Below, piece after piece: positions 27,439-36,959 of a DNA stretch of 64,000 bases (positions are counted from its first letter, which is position 1; the number at the start of each line of letters is the position of its first letter). The position numbers and the translations under genes are program-made. The notes beneath the pieces are model-generated. The model was not told where the DNA came from. It saw nothing but the letters and a program-made list of their open reading frames with translations, and made no database searches. The stretch covers positions 298,321-362,320 of the IMG/VR virus record IMGVR_UViG_3300020156_000001; one strand, written 5' to 3'. The DNA comes from a virus (Duplodnaviria > Heunggongvirae > Uroviricota > Caudoviricetes).

Positions 27439-28398
27439 TTACTTGCGGGCTAGATCGTTACCACGGAGCTTTGGGTCACCGTTGATTGGGCTCTTTGCCT
27501 TCTTGTCTTCCTTGTTCTTGTTGAGTTCAGCGGACTTGTCGCCTTCCTTTGAAACCTTCTTTGGCTCCTGCTGCGAGTTCTTGAACTTCTCGCTACCGCC
27601 GGCTACCTTTGGTGCAGTTTCGCGCTCATAGCCCTTTGCTGTCTTACCCTTGATTTCGACTGGGTTACCACCAACGCGCTCAGTACCCTTCTTCTGTGGG
27701 ATTGGGCTATCTGTGGATACTTTTACCTTGCTACCGTCGCCAGCTTCTTCGCCTTCGGTCTTTAGCTTTTCAGCCTTTACAGGCTCAAGCTCGTGGGACT
27801 CAGAGAGATCGAAGAATTCTTCCTCTTCAACAAAAGTCTCGTTGGTAAAGCCTTCTACAGCTTCTTCAACTTCCTCTTCGCCTTCTTCTTCGCCTTCATC
27901 GGAATCATCCGCATCAACGTCATCAGCGTCAGCTTCTACTTCGTCTTCTGCGCCCATGATTTCATCAAACTGTGCGCGGAGAGCTTCAAGCTGAGCTTCT
28001 AGATCCTCAACCCGGTCGTCAACGGATAGTTCAACCTCAGGAGCTTCCTCTGCACCAACTTCGTCAGCAACTTCTTCAGCGCCAAACTCATCAGCAACTT
28101 CTTCGCCACCAAAATCGTCTTCGTCGCCTTCTTCAGCAACTGGAATGTGGTTAGCTACTGGAAGTTCTTCACCAGCGAAATCGTCTTCTTCACCATCAGT
28201 GTTGATTGTGATTGTAACGTCTTCGTCTAGGTCTTCCTTGTCGTCGTCTTCAGCTTCTTCAACAACTTCTTCGGCTTCGAGAAGGCTCGAAACGGCTGCA
28301 TTGTGCTGCTCTGCAAACCACTCATTGAGGGCTGCGGATGCCTGCTCGCGATCTTCGGAGATCAGCAAGTCCAGGACTTTCTTTAGCTTGTCTGTCAT
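27439..28398 (-). CDS. acidic prohead core protein, copy 2
   Basis: Lies between portal and protease (T4 gp67/68 position); E/D-rich. Confidence 0.75.
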   Translation of the reverse strand: MTDKLKKVLDLLISEDREQASAALNEWFAEQHNAAVSSLLEAEEVVEEAEDDDKEDLDEDVTITINTDGEEDDFAGEELPVANHIPVAEEGDEDDFGGEEVADEFGAEEVADEVGAEEAPEVELSVDDRVEDLEAQLEALRAQFDEIMGAEDEVEADADDVDADDSDEGEEEGEEEVEEAVEGFTNETFVEEEEFFDLSESHELEPVKAEKLKTEGEEAGDGSKVKVSTDSPIPQKKGTERVGGNPVEIKGKTAKGYERETAPKVAGGSEKFKNSQQEPKKVSKEGDKSAELNKNKEDKKAKSPINGDPKLRGNDLARK

Positions 28399-28420
28399 TG
28401 TAATTCCTTCCTCATAAAGA

Positions 28421-28446
28421 AAAAGGGGAGACGAATGCTCCCCTCT
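28421..28446 (-). terminator. terminator between the core-protein paralogs
   Basis: AGGGGAG-CATTCGT-CTCCCCT plus a T tract on the minus strand. Confidence 0.65.
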
Positions 28447-28463
28447 TAATCTAATTTATACTC

Positions 28464-29477
28464 TTACTTGCGCTTCATGTCGTTGCCACGAAGATCAACA
28501 GCGCCGCCACCGATTGGGCTCTTGCCCTTGTCCGGTGCAGGACCCTTGTTGAGAAGAGCTGCCTTGTCGCCTTCTGGCTGCTTAACAGCAACTAGATCAG
28601 ACTTAGCGTTAGAAACCTGGTTCTTTAGAAGAGGCTTTGTGTTAACGCCTGGGGAAGCTTCACGAGCATAACCCTTGTGAGTCTTGCCCTTGATTTCAAC
28701 AACAGCACCACCTACGCGGTCTTCTGTCTTACGCTGTGGGATTGGGGAATCCTTAGTCACAGCTTGCTTCTTGCCGTCACCAGCTTCCGAGCCTTCGCTC
28801 ATGTCTGGGTCCTTAACACGCTCAAGTTCGAAGCTCTCTTCCAGATCCTGGAAGTCTTCGTCTTCAGCAACTACTTCTTCGCCTTCTTCAAGCTCTTCAT
28901 CCTTAGCTTCGTCGAGGTCTTCCTCGTCAGCTTCTTCGGACTCAAACATGCCTTCAGCGGCTACTTCTTCGCCACCAAAGTCATCGCCTTCTTCAGCGCC
29001 AAACTCGTCGCCAGCTAGTTCTTCACCAGCAGCATCGCCGCCCATGATGGCGTCAAATTCTGCCTTGAGCTGAGCAAGCTGAGCTTCTAGGTCTTCAACC
29101 TTGTCTTCAACTGGAACTTCAACTTCAGCGCCCATTTCGGCACCAAGATCGTCACCAGCGGCTGCTAGTTCATCACCAGCTTCTTCACCACCGAAATCAT
29201 CAGCACCGGCTTCAACTTCGCCAGCTTCGTCAGATGCGAATTCTGCATCTTCTTCGTCGCCTGCTTCATTGAGGTCAGCATCGCTGTAATATTCTTCGGA
29301 CTCGATTTCTTCCTTGTCTTTTTCGATGCCGTCAAGAGCGTCGTCGTCTTCCTGCATGATTTCTTCTAGAATGCTCTTCGACTTACCGACGAACCATTCG
29401 TGAAGCAGCTTGCCTGCCTCTTCCTGGTCTTCCGCGATGAGCAAATCAAGAACCTTTGAAAGTTCTACCTTTTGCAT
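28464..29477 (-). CDS. acidic prohead core protein, copy 1
   Basis: Paralog of 27439..28398; TAAATA at 29539..29534. Confidence 0.75.
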   Translation of the reverse strand: MQKVELSKVLDLLIAEDQEEAGKLLHEWFVGKSKSILEEIMQEDDDALDGIEKDKEEIESEEYYSDADLNEAGDEEDAEFASDEAGEVEAGADDFGGEEAGDELAAAGDDLGAEMGAEVEVPVEDKVEDLEAQLAQLKAEFDAIMGGDAAGEELAGDEFGAEEGDDFGGEEVAAEGMFESEEADEEDLDEAKDEELEEGEEVVAEDEDFQDLEESFELERVKDPDMSEGSEAGDGKKQAVTKDSPIPQRKTEDRVGGAVVEIKGKTHKGYAREASPGVNTKPLLKNQVSNAKSDLVAVKQPEGDKAALLNKGPAPDKGKSPIGGGAVDLRGNDMKRK

Positions 29478-29646
29478 TTGTTTCTCCTTCCTCGATAAAC
29501 GAGAACATTTAGTTGTGGTTAATGTTCCGTTTGTATTTACGGTTTGTGGAAAAAAGAATGCTCATATAAGTCAAAAAACGCACTTTTTAGGTTTGAAAAC
29601 TCTAATATAGTGGTGTTATAAGAGGAAACAGAAAATGAGGACGTAA

Positions 29647-29979
29647 ATGAAATCCAACACAATAAGAGAAGTTGTCCGGGACACCAAGGCACTTATTGGC
29701 TCGGGCGACATGCAGTTGAAAGACCAAGAAAATCAACTGCTTATCACAAGCATTTGTAAGCGACTAAATCGTTCATACAAAAACAGCCCAAAGACAGTGG
29801 CTGCCATTATCAAATACATAGAAGACCACGGATACGAATTACGGCGTATAGATTGCGATCATGCGCGTGATGTGTTGGAAAAGAAAAAGGAGACGCTTGA
29901 TAACGTCTCCCATAAGGATCTGGATAACATTCGGATCATTTGCGAAAGCATGTTCGCACAAGTTATACGAGCCGCTTAA
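29647..29979 (+). CDS. hypothetical protein
   Basis: GAGG RBS; 110 aa. Confidence 0.65.
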   Translation: MKSNTIREVVRDTKALIGSGDMQLKDQENQLLITSICKRLNRSYKNSPKTVAAIIKYIEDHGYELRRIDCDHARDVLEKKKETLDNVSHKDLDNIRIICESMFAQVIRAA

Positions 29980-30218
29980 AGGCCTCCACCATCGTCCTCT
30001 TCAGGAATCCCATACATTACACCCAATAGGGATTCCTTCTTAGTGCTTTCCAAATCGTTGGTAGCGCGGATCTTTTTTAGCTTGTTTAACTGGCTCAAAG
30101 TGAGCTTTGGCTTACGAGCATCATCCGGATCAGCTTTCATAAACTCATCCTCATTTGGGTCGATAAACCCTTCGTTGAGTGAATCCAATGATTCGTTTGA
30201 AAACTCGCTATAGCGCAT
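29976..30218 (-). CDS. small head protein downstream of the portal
   Basis: MRYSEFSNES; RKPKLTLSQLNKLKKIR; coupled to the portal stop. Confidence 0.7.
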   Translation of the reverse strand: MRYSEFSNESLDSLNEGFIDPNEDEFMKADPDDARKPKLTLSQLNKLKKIRATNDLESTKKESLLGVMYGIPEEDDGGGL

Positions 30219-31948
30219 TATTCTTCTCCCAGATCCAAGTTTAGTTCGCCTTGACCATCACCAGCATCATCTGCGGGTTCTTCATCGTCGGCATCCATGT
30301 CGTCATCACCAAGTTCAAGATCCTCAGATGGTTCACGGAAGCCAACGCTATCCAAGCCAGCAGGACCGCCTTCAGCACCAACAACAGCACCGCCATCAAC
30401 GGGTTCCATAAGACGAGGGTTCTCTTGTTTCCATAGACGCTCATTCTCAACGATTTCATCCTCGGTAAGTCCGAGATAGCGTTGAGCGAGGAATCGCTTT
30501 GCCAACCAAGGCTGGTCGACCAGTGACGTAAACACTCCAATTTGTGCGGAGTCGCGTTCAATCTGCGCAAACTGTCGGAAGTTCTGCGGCGGATTAAAGC
30601 TAAGCGAGAACATACCCATGTCGATGTTATAGCCGCGCTGCTTTACGAACAGCTTGAACTCATCTTCGATAACTTGAGCCAAAAGCATTTGGAGACGTTC
30701 GCAATACATAGCGAAACGATATTCCTGGATATAAGCAGTGCCCACGCGGCCATCGTTAAACGTTGCTTGACCATCTTCCGGACCTGTTGGCAAGTACGAG
30801 CTTGGAACTCGCAAACCACGGATCATTTTGTTGTTAAAGTATTTCAAGTCATCGATTTGGCCCAGGTTTTCACCACCTGGTAGAGTTTCAACACGGCTAC
30901 CACGACCATCAGCGGTTTGTGCGAAGAAGTAATCTTCCATAATGCTGAGTGGGTTATAAGCGGCATCCGCGATATTATTGCCACCGCCGGTGCGGGTTGG
31001 AATACGGCGCTGATGAATTTCCATCTTAACCTTATCCAAGTAGGCTTGGGATTTGTGAACAGGAATACCACCAACGTCTACATAAAATACGCGGCGTTCA
31101 GGCGCACGTTGTACGCGGTAGATAACAATAGAATCCTCAAGTAGTTCTTTCTGCTTGTACACCTTAAAGATGGGTTCCAAAATGGATGTACCAAACGGCC
31201 AGTTTGCGTCCAAGCCCTCGCTTAGCGAGAAGTGAACAACGTGGGCAGCTTCAACGTGGTGTGTGTTTTGCGTGTTGTCGAAACGACCACCACTCTTGTG
31301 AAAGCTTTGGCCTTGGCCGGTTGTTTGGTGGCTTTGTTTCAAGCTAGCCGTACCAGTACCCTGGATATTGTTGCCGTAATCGTCTTGTTTGGTTGCAACC
31401 TTTTCAACCAAGTTCAAATCGATGTCACGGATAACGTAGAATTCCGGAACCTTACCCTTGGACTCATCTACGATGATCTTTTCCACCTTGGAGTTTTCAA
31501 CGTAGTGGAGAACCAGCGTCTCTGGATCACGGATGAAGAACTGATCACCATACTTGAGCGTGTTGCGGAAAATGCGCCACAAACGTGCTTTCATGTTCTG
31601 CACGTTGCACCACTGGTTCAACACGCTTCGCAGGATTTCTACTTCAGGATCACTTGGAGTCTTGGTATAGTTGATCTGAAACAATTGATCAGTTCCATCA
31701 TCCGATTTGCGGGTGGAAAAGTCCGAAATTGTATCAAGCGCCGCGTTAACTTCGGGGTCTTGGTCCATGACATCGTATTGCGCGTAACGCTCTTGACGCT
31801 GTGGATGACCCGCATAAACTTCTGGCAGATAGCTAGAAAAGTTGTTACCAGTATTCGCAGTTGGGTAAGTTCCAGAGCGCTGATTTGTGATCACCGCTTG
31901 AAGCTTTTTATTCTTGCTTACTTGCTGAAAGTGTCTCTTCCAAGTCAT
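30218..31948 (-). CDS. gp20: portal vertex protein (T4 gp20 family)
   Basis: LEDSIVIYRVQRAPERRVFYVDVG, EDYFF, VETLPGGENLG, LRVPSSYL. Confidence 0.97.
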   Translation of the reverse strand: MTWKRHFQQVSKNKKLQAVITNQRSGTYPTANTGNNFSSYLPEVYAGHPQRQERYAQYDVMDQDPEVNAALDTISDFSTRKSDDGTDQLFQINYTKTPSDPEVEILRSVLNQWCNVQNMKARLWRIFRNTLKYGDQFFIRDPETLVLHYVENSKVEKIIVDESKGKVPEFYVIRDIDLNLVEKVATKQDDYGNNIQGTGTASLKQSHQTTGQGQSFHKSGGRFDNTQNTHHVEAAHVVHFSLSEGLDANWPFGTSILEPIFKVYKQKELLEDSIVIYRVQRAPERRVFYVDVGGIPVHKSQAYLDKVKMEIHQRRIPTRTGGGNNIADAAYNPLSIMEDYFFAQTADGRGSRVETLPGGENLGQIDDLKYFNNKMIRGLRVPSSYLPTGPEDGQATFNDGRVGTAYIQEYRFAMYCERLQMLLAQVIEDEFKLFVKQRGYNIDMGMFSLSFNPPQNFRQFAQIERDSAQIGVFTSLVDQPWLAKRFLAQRYLGLTEDEIVENERLWKQENPRLMEPVDGGAVVGAEGGPAGLDSVGFREPSEDLELGDDDMDADDEEPADDAGDGQGELNLDLGEE

Positions 31949-31984
31949 GAAAATTTCCTAGCCATTATACCAGCTATTTATGAC

Positions 31985-34723
31985 TTACTTACGGGACAGC
32001 CTCGCAATGTCTTCATTGATCTTGTTTAGATCAGCAAGACGGTCACGGATGATCTGGCTGCTATCCTTTTCAAAGTCTGCAGACGAACGAATTGCCTGAT
32101 GGATCTGGCTGAGAAGCGAAACCATCGCTTTTAGTGTGGCGTCATTTTGTGTTTGGCCCGATGTAAGAGCAGCAATTATCGCAGCGGTATCCAACTGTGT
32201 TTGGTTTGCAATGGTTTGCGCTTGTGGTTCCTTTACATCGTTTGTTGCGACTTGAAGTGCCTGCTTTTGAATCTCACTGATGTTGGGCATCATGCCCTGC
32301 ATAATCGCCTGTTGGGCTTTCATAGCTTCAGTTTGCGATTGCACGTTTTCCGAAATCTTATCCTCAGGCTTATCCTTTGGTTCCGGTGGTGGTTCTACTT
32401 TTACTGGTGCTACTTCAACTGGCTTTTGTTCCTTTTCTTCGGGTAGATTTTCCACCTTTACCGGAGCAACTTCAATTGGCTTGTCGTCTTTCTTTTCCTC
32501 AACCGGATCTGCACCATCACGGGTAACATAGGCACCATTTTTGTCGCGCTTGTCTTCGTCAATGGCTACCTTGCCGGCCTTTTCGTCCTCTGTGAGATCA
32601 ACCCACTCACCGTTCTTCTTTTTCTTCTCTTGCTTACCAGACCAATAGTTTTTGCCCTGATTAGGACCGGCTTCGATTTGTCCTGAAAGGATGTTCGTAT
32701 TGAACATATCCCAAAAACCTTCGGTTTTCTTTCTAAACGAAGCCCATGCGTCCTTGGATTCTTGGCTGATATTTTCACGAACAAGTTCAGCGCCTTTGTC
32801 TGCGATTTGGTTGCCAACTTCAGCACCTACAAGTGCTGCGCCAACTGCCATCCCTGCAGGGCCTGCCTTGGAGGCAAGATTTGCTGCGGGTCCGGCAAGG
32901 CTTGGAAGCAGTTTTAGTGCGTTTGTGATAACGCTGGAGAGACCCTTGAACAAACTCGTCGTGAGAAACTTGGTAAGATCGAAAATGCCTTTGGTGAGAG
33001 ATCCAATTGGGCTCAAGATGGCTTTTGCAAGACCTGCCACTGCGGAGAAGAAAATACCACCGATAAACTTTGCCGCCATAGTGGCAGCACCGCCAACAAG
33101 AGCTCCACCGGCAAGCAACCCAGAAACAGCAAGCAAAGCATTTTCAAAACCACCGAGCCAGCTAATGCTATCGCGGAACCATTGAACAAATCCCGCGGCG
33201 CCTTCGATAACTGAGCCATTTATAAACTCACCAAAGCGTTTCATTGGATCCCAAATCAACTCAGTGAGAATGTCTTGGAAACCTGCGGCAAACTGACGTA
33301 AAGTTTCCTCTACCTTTAGAAGACCCTTTGTAAGTTGATCGGTGATATTATTGCCGGTATCGGCTTTTTGAACATCACCTTGCTTAATCTTTTGCAAACC
33401 CTGTACCATTCGGTTACGAGCAGCAAATTGTTCACTATCTTGGGCCAATTGCGCCGCTTGCTTGTGTCCAAGTCGGCTTTGTTCGGTGTTCTCATGCAAC
33501 AGCGCACCAAGGGCTTGAATGCGCGTGTTTACTTCATCCTCTGTTAGCGTTCCCTTGTTAATTTCGCGGGTTAGTTCAACAACAGATCTCTGAAATTCAG
33601 GTGGCATATTGGCTAGAACTACAGCACTTTCGCCTCTAATATTTCCTTCATTAAGGATACCATTCTTTAGCATTGCGTTAAGTTCAGGAATGCTTTCAGT
33701 CATAGCCAGCGCCTTGTTATAGGCTTTTGCTTGCTCACTGTTTTGATCCCAACCCTGACCTTGTGCAAATACTGAAGCATTTGCATCTTGTGCTGCTCGC
33801 TGTTGAGCTTTCAAAGCTTCATCACGGGTTTGACCCATAATGTAGGCAATTTCGTTGCTGGACTCAATTAGATCTTTGATGCCCTTGGCCATTTCCTCTT
33901 CGGAACGGTTCTGCATGAGGCCGCCCTGGTTGGACATCATATCCAAGTAGGAATTTTGGGCGTCAACCATTTGCTGCATGGTCATACCATAATAGCCAAG
34001 GCTGCGGGATTGATCCTTAACTGTTTTATAAAGTTGTGCCCATGGCTGAGCACCCATTAGTCGCGTGCCCTGTGTGCCCTTGGCAATAGCATCGGCAAAT
34101 TCCTGCGCACCCAAAGCGGATGTACTCATTGCTTGTCGAAGTTCGTCAATGGAACCAATCGTACCTTCGGCCGAGCCGATCAGTGTTTGAAACGCACCAA
34201 CGTTTTCATCCACCATTGCGCCAAACGTACCAAGTGCGGTGTTACCCAAACCCACACTGTGCATGAATCCGCCAATGGTTCCATCAAGCTTGCCCATATT
34301 TTTGGCAAAAGTGAGGGATGAATTCACAATAGTATCAGAAAACTTACCAATATTGAGAAGAGAACCACCAAGGGCTGAGCCAAACGACTTGAGTTCCTTG
34401 GCTGGAATATCGTTGAGTGGTCCCTGATTTGGTCCCGCGCCCATTCCAGACTCGGCAAGATCTTCAAGGTTCTCGTTTATCTTTTGGAAAATACTAAGCT
34501 GGTCCAGACGTTTAACCAGCTCGTCCGCTAGCTCTTCGTTGTTCTTCTTAGCTTGTACACGATCTTTCTTGTCTGCGTTCTTTGAGTTTTCATCCAAACG
34601 CTTGATAGCATCCTCGACCGCTTTTAGCTTTTCAACGATGTTATCGTCACCCTTGGTATTGGCAAGGCGATCAGCGAGGTTTTGGAAAATTCTCCGCAAC
34701 TCTTCAGTTTCAAACTCAGCCAT
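31985..34723 (-). CDS. tape-measure-like / baseplate hub (gp29-like) protein
   Basis: 912 aa, helical and Ala/Gly/Gln-rich with hydrophobic segments; divergent from gp26; TAAATA at 34752..34747. Confidence 0.6.
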   Translation of the reverse strand: MAEFETEELRRIFQNLADRLANTKGDDNIVEKLKAVEDAIKRLDENSKNADKKDRVQAKKNNEELADELVKRLDQLSIFQKINENLEDLAESGMGAGPNQGPLNDIPAKELKSFGSALGGSLLNIGKFSDTIVNSSLTFAKNMGKLDGTIGGFMHSVGLGNTALGTFGAMVDENVGAFQTLIGSAEGTIGSIDELRQAMSTSALGAQEFADAIAKGTQGTRLMGAQPWAQLYKTVKDQSRSLGYYGMTMQQMVDAQNSYLDMMSNQGGLMQNRSEEEMAKGIKDLIESSNEIAYIMGQTRDEALKAQQRAAQDANASVFAQGQGWDQNSEQAKAYNKALAMTESIPELNAMLKNGILNEGNIRGESAVVLANMPPEFQRSVVELTREINKGTLTEDEVNTRIQALGALLHENTEQSRLGHKQAAQLAQDSEQFAARNRMVQGLQKIKQGDVQKADTGNNITDQLTKGLLKVEETLRQFAAGFQDILTELIWDPMKRFGEFINGSVIEGAAGFVQWFRDSISWLGGFENALLAVSGLLAGGALVGGAATMAAKFIGGIFFSAVAGLAKAILSPIGSLTKGIFDLTKFLTTSLFKGLSSVITNALKLLPSLAGPAANLASKAGPAGMAVGAALVGAEVGNQIADKGAELVRENISQESKDAWASFRKKTEGFWDMFNTNILSGQIEAGPNQGKNYWSGKQEKKKKNGEWVDLTEDEKAGKVAIDEDKRDKNGAYVTRDGADPVEEKKDDKPIEVAPVKVENLPEEKEQKPVEVAPVKVEPPPEPKDKPEDKISENVQSQTEAMKAQQAIMQGMMPNISEIQKQALQVATNDVKEPQAQTIANQTQLDTAAIIAALTSGQTQNDATLKAMVSLLSQIHQAIRSSADFEKDSSQIIRDRLADLNKINEDIARLSRK

Positions 34724-34814
34724 GGCTACCTCCGGGTGTTACCTATTATTTACCCTTACATAAACCTAGAGGTTAACCACGTACTAAATACGTATGTAGG
34801 TTAAGGAGCATCTC

Positions 34815-35654
34815 ATGGATCAGAACAACCCATTGAATCAATATTTTCGCGTGCCAGGATTGCATGTGTCGTTGCCAAGCGGTGGCGCATTTACTCCACC
34901 GAATGAAATTGAACTCAGTATTACGGGTGAGCTTGCTGTTTATCCAATGGCTGCCAAGGATGAAATTTGGGCTAAGAATCCAGATGGTCTACTAAACGGG
35001 TATTCAATCGAGAAGATCATTATGTCTTGCGTGCCTGGGATTAAAAACCCACGCAAGCTTCCAAACCAAGACATTGATTATCTACTGTTGGCTATCAAGA
35101 AGGCAACGTTTGGGAACAAGTTGGTAATCACCAACAAATGCCCCAAGTGCGACCAAGCTCACGATTACGAATGTCTAGTTGATGATATTATGGCAACAAG
35201 CCGTCCTTTGGAACCCGAGTATACGGTGCGCCTGAATGATGAGCTTATTGCCAAGATTCGTCCCTATGACTATGAAGCTGCAACCCGTACGAATCTTGCA
35301 GCGTTTGAGGAAACCAAGCTAATTCAAGCCGTGCTTGGTGCAAACATGAATGGGCAGGATCGTATCAAAACGTTCTCAATGAGCTTTGAGAAGATTGCCA
35401 ACTTGAACTTGGACTTGATCACCGATTGCGTTGTTAGCATTATTAGCCCAACGGCGGAAGTTACCAACCGCAAGCATATTAAGGAATTCCTACAAAACGC
35501 TCCCAAGCAGTATATCAGCGCGATCAACGAAGCAATGAAGGTGTTCCAAGAAACTGGCATCGATCGTAGCATTCACTTGGTTTGCCACACAGAGGGTTGT
35601 GGTCATGAATGGACTTCGGAAATCTCATTCGATCCTAGCCATTTTTTCGCATGA
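34815..35654 (+). CDS. gp26: baseplate hub assembly protein (gp26-like)
   Basis: NPLNQYFR.P...LPSGG, MAAKDE, DIDYLLLAIK, CPKC; TAAATA at 34785. Confidence 0.85.
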   Translation: MDQNNPLNQYFRVPGLHVSLPSGGAFTPPNEIELSITGELAVYPMAAKDEIWAKNPDGLLNGYSIEKIIMSCVPGIKNPRKLPNQDIDYLLLAIKKATFGNKLVITNKCPKCDQAHDYECLVDDIMATSRPLEPEYTVRLNDELIAKIRPYDYEAATRTNLAAFEETKLIQAVLGANMNGQDRIKTFSMSFEKIANLNLDLITDCVVSIISPTAEVTNRKHIKEFLQNAPKQYISAINEAMKVFQETGIDRSIHLVCHTEGCGHEWTSEISFDPSHFFA

Positions 35655-35881
35655 GGCTCTTGTCAACAAATGATCCCGAAGTTATCCTAAGGATCATTGA
35701 CACTTACAAAAAAGAGACAAGAGCCCTTATAGATCAGATTCACGAAATATGCTGGTACATGCGCGGTGGTATCACACGTGAGGACGCATACAATCTGAGC
35801 TATGATGAACGCGCTAGTATTGTCAAACTGATTGACTCGAATATCAAGCGGGTTAACGAAACCCGCTTGCCACTACTTTAA
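35651..35881 (+). CDS. baseplate hub assembly catalyst (gp51-like)
   Basis: ICWYMRGGIT..DAYNLSYDER; follows gp26. Confidence 0.7.
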   Translation: MRLLSTNDPEVILRIIDTYKKETRALIDQIHEICWYMRGGITREDAYNLSYDERASIVKLIDSNIKRVNETRLPLL

Positions 35882-36082
35882 TTTAAAGCTAACCAGCGGC
35901 GGGGCCAAGCTCGGACCATCCTGTTGCTGAGGATCCCAGTTATATGGGTAAGCAATGGAACTAAAAGCAGAAATTGCTTTGTTTGCCTCGGCAACTGTTT
36001 GAAATTGCCAAACAGCCTTACCAAGAGAAAACTTAATAAACTCACCACCGAGAGTTTCAAGCTGTTCTACATCGTATTCCAT
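35873..36082 (-). CDS. hypothetical early protein
   Basis: Promoter TTGACA..GTTAGATT at 36133..36106; AGGAG RBS before MEYDVE. Confidence 0.65.
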   Translation of the reverse strand: MEYDVEQLETLGGEFIKFSLGKAVWQFQTVAEANKAISAFSSIAYPYNWDPQQQDGPSLAPPLVSFKLK

Positions 36083-36136
36083 TTGCAATCTCCTGTTTGT
36101 TCCTAAATCTAACATAAACAGGAAGGCTGTCAAGCC

Positions 36137-36430
36137 TTAATCTCGAAGGCAAGCCTCGAGCATAGGCTTGCGATAAGAATCCAGCCAAGCATACCGCTCA
36201 GCGTTTGCCTTGCATTGCTTCTTTTGCTGTTCAAAGAATTCCTCTGGAAGCTCCGGAACAGGAATACAAACGCGATCCGTTAGATCACCAGGAAGTGCTT
36301 TACTGGAACGGCAAGTGGCAGCATCACGGAAATAATGCTGGAACATTTGCTCATCGTGCTTGCCGGTTTCAATAGAAACACCAACCCACGAAAAGCTTAC
36401 CGCGGCCATTGTGATGAGAATATTTGACAT
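36137..36430 (-). CDS. putative exported Cys-containing protein
   Basis: Hydrophobic N-terminus; 4 Cys; TTGACT upstream. Confidence 0.6.
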   Translation of the reverse strand: MSNILITMAAVSFSWVGVSIETGKHDEQMFQHYFRDAATCRSSKALPGDLTDRVCIPVPELPEEFFEQQKKQCKANAERYAWLDSYRKPMLEACLRD

Positions 36431-36488
36431 AGAAAAACCTCTTGAATTGCTTCAAGAGGATTAAAATGCGCCTAGGACAAAGTCAATA

Positions 36489-36875
36489 TTAAACGATGCC
36501 CTTTTCCAAATACGTTCCAGCACGATTGGTAGCGCGTGGCGTATGGGTAAGCTTGGCATTCAATTCGTAGTTGATCTTCATAAACTCTGCCTTGAACGGA
36601 AGAAACGACTTTTCCTTGATCGCCCAAAGATTTGCTGCTTGGTTGATAACTGTGATGTTATCGCCGAGGAATTCAACATCCTTGTAGTTGCGTTCCTTGG
36701 CAATAGTTGCTGCCCAAAGCAGTGCAGACCATTCCGCAATGTTGTTGGTGCCGTACCCGAGATCGAATACGGTCATTGGCTGAGGAGCACCATCGCCAAT
36801 GATTACGATGCAGATTTCCATGTTTCCAGGATTTGGCTTGCATCCTCCGTCGAAGTAAATTTGAATTTTGCTCAT
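36489..36875 (-). CDS. rnhA: ribonuclease HI
   Basis: YFDGGCKPNPG, TNNIAEWSAL, FLGDN..VINQ (D-E-D catalytic residues). Confidence 0.9.
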   Translation of the reverse strand: MSKIQIYFDGGCKPNPGNMEICIVIIGDGAPQPMTVFDLGYGTNNIAEWSALLWAATIAKERNYKDVEFLGDNITVINQAANLWAIKEKSFLPFKAEFMKINYELNAKLTHTPRATNRAGTYLEKGIV

Positions 36876-36959
36876 AGCGTGGTTGTCTCCAGGCGTTTTT
36901 ATTTTCCTCTTTTATAACAGAAATAACCCCGGAAATCAAGTCAGAACTTTCCATTTATA

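Noticed and set aside
27650-29289. Ser-rich plus-strand ORFs
   Set aside because: These are antisense shadows of the Glu/Asp-rich core protein genes.
17874-31948. Inteins or introns in the capsid, protease or portal genes
   Set aside because: Lengths and motif spacing are normal, and there are no intein C1/HN-C signatures.
31232-32029. 265-aa plus-strand ORF opposite the portal
   Set aside because: It is antisense to a highly conserved gene and has no RBS or recognisable motifs.
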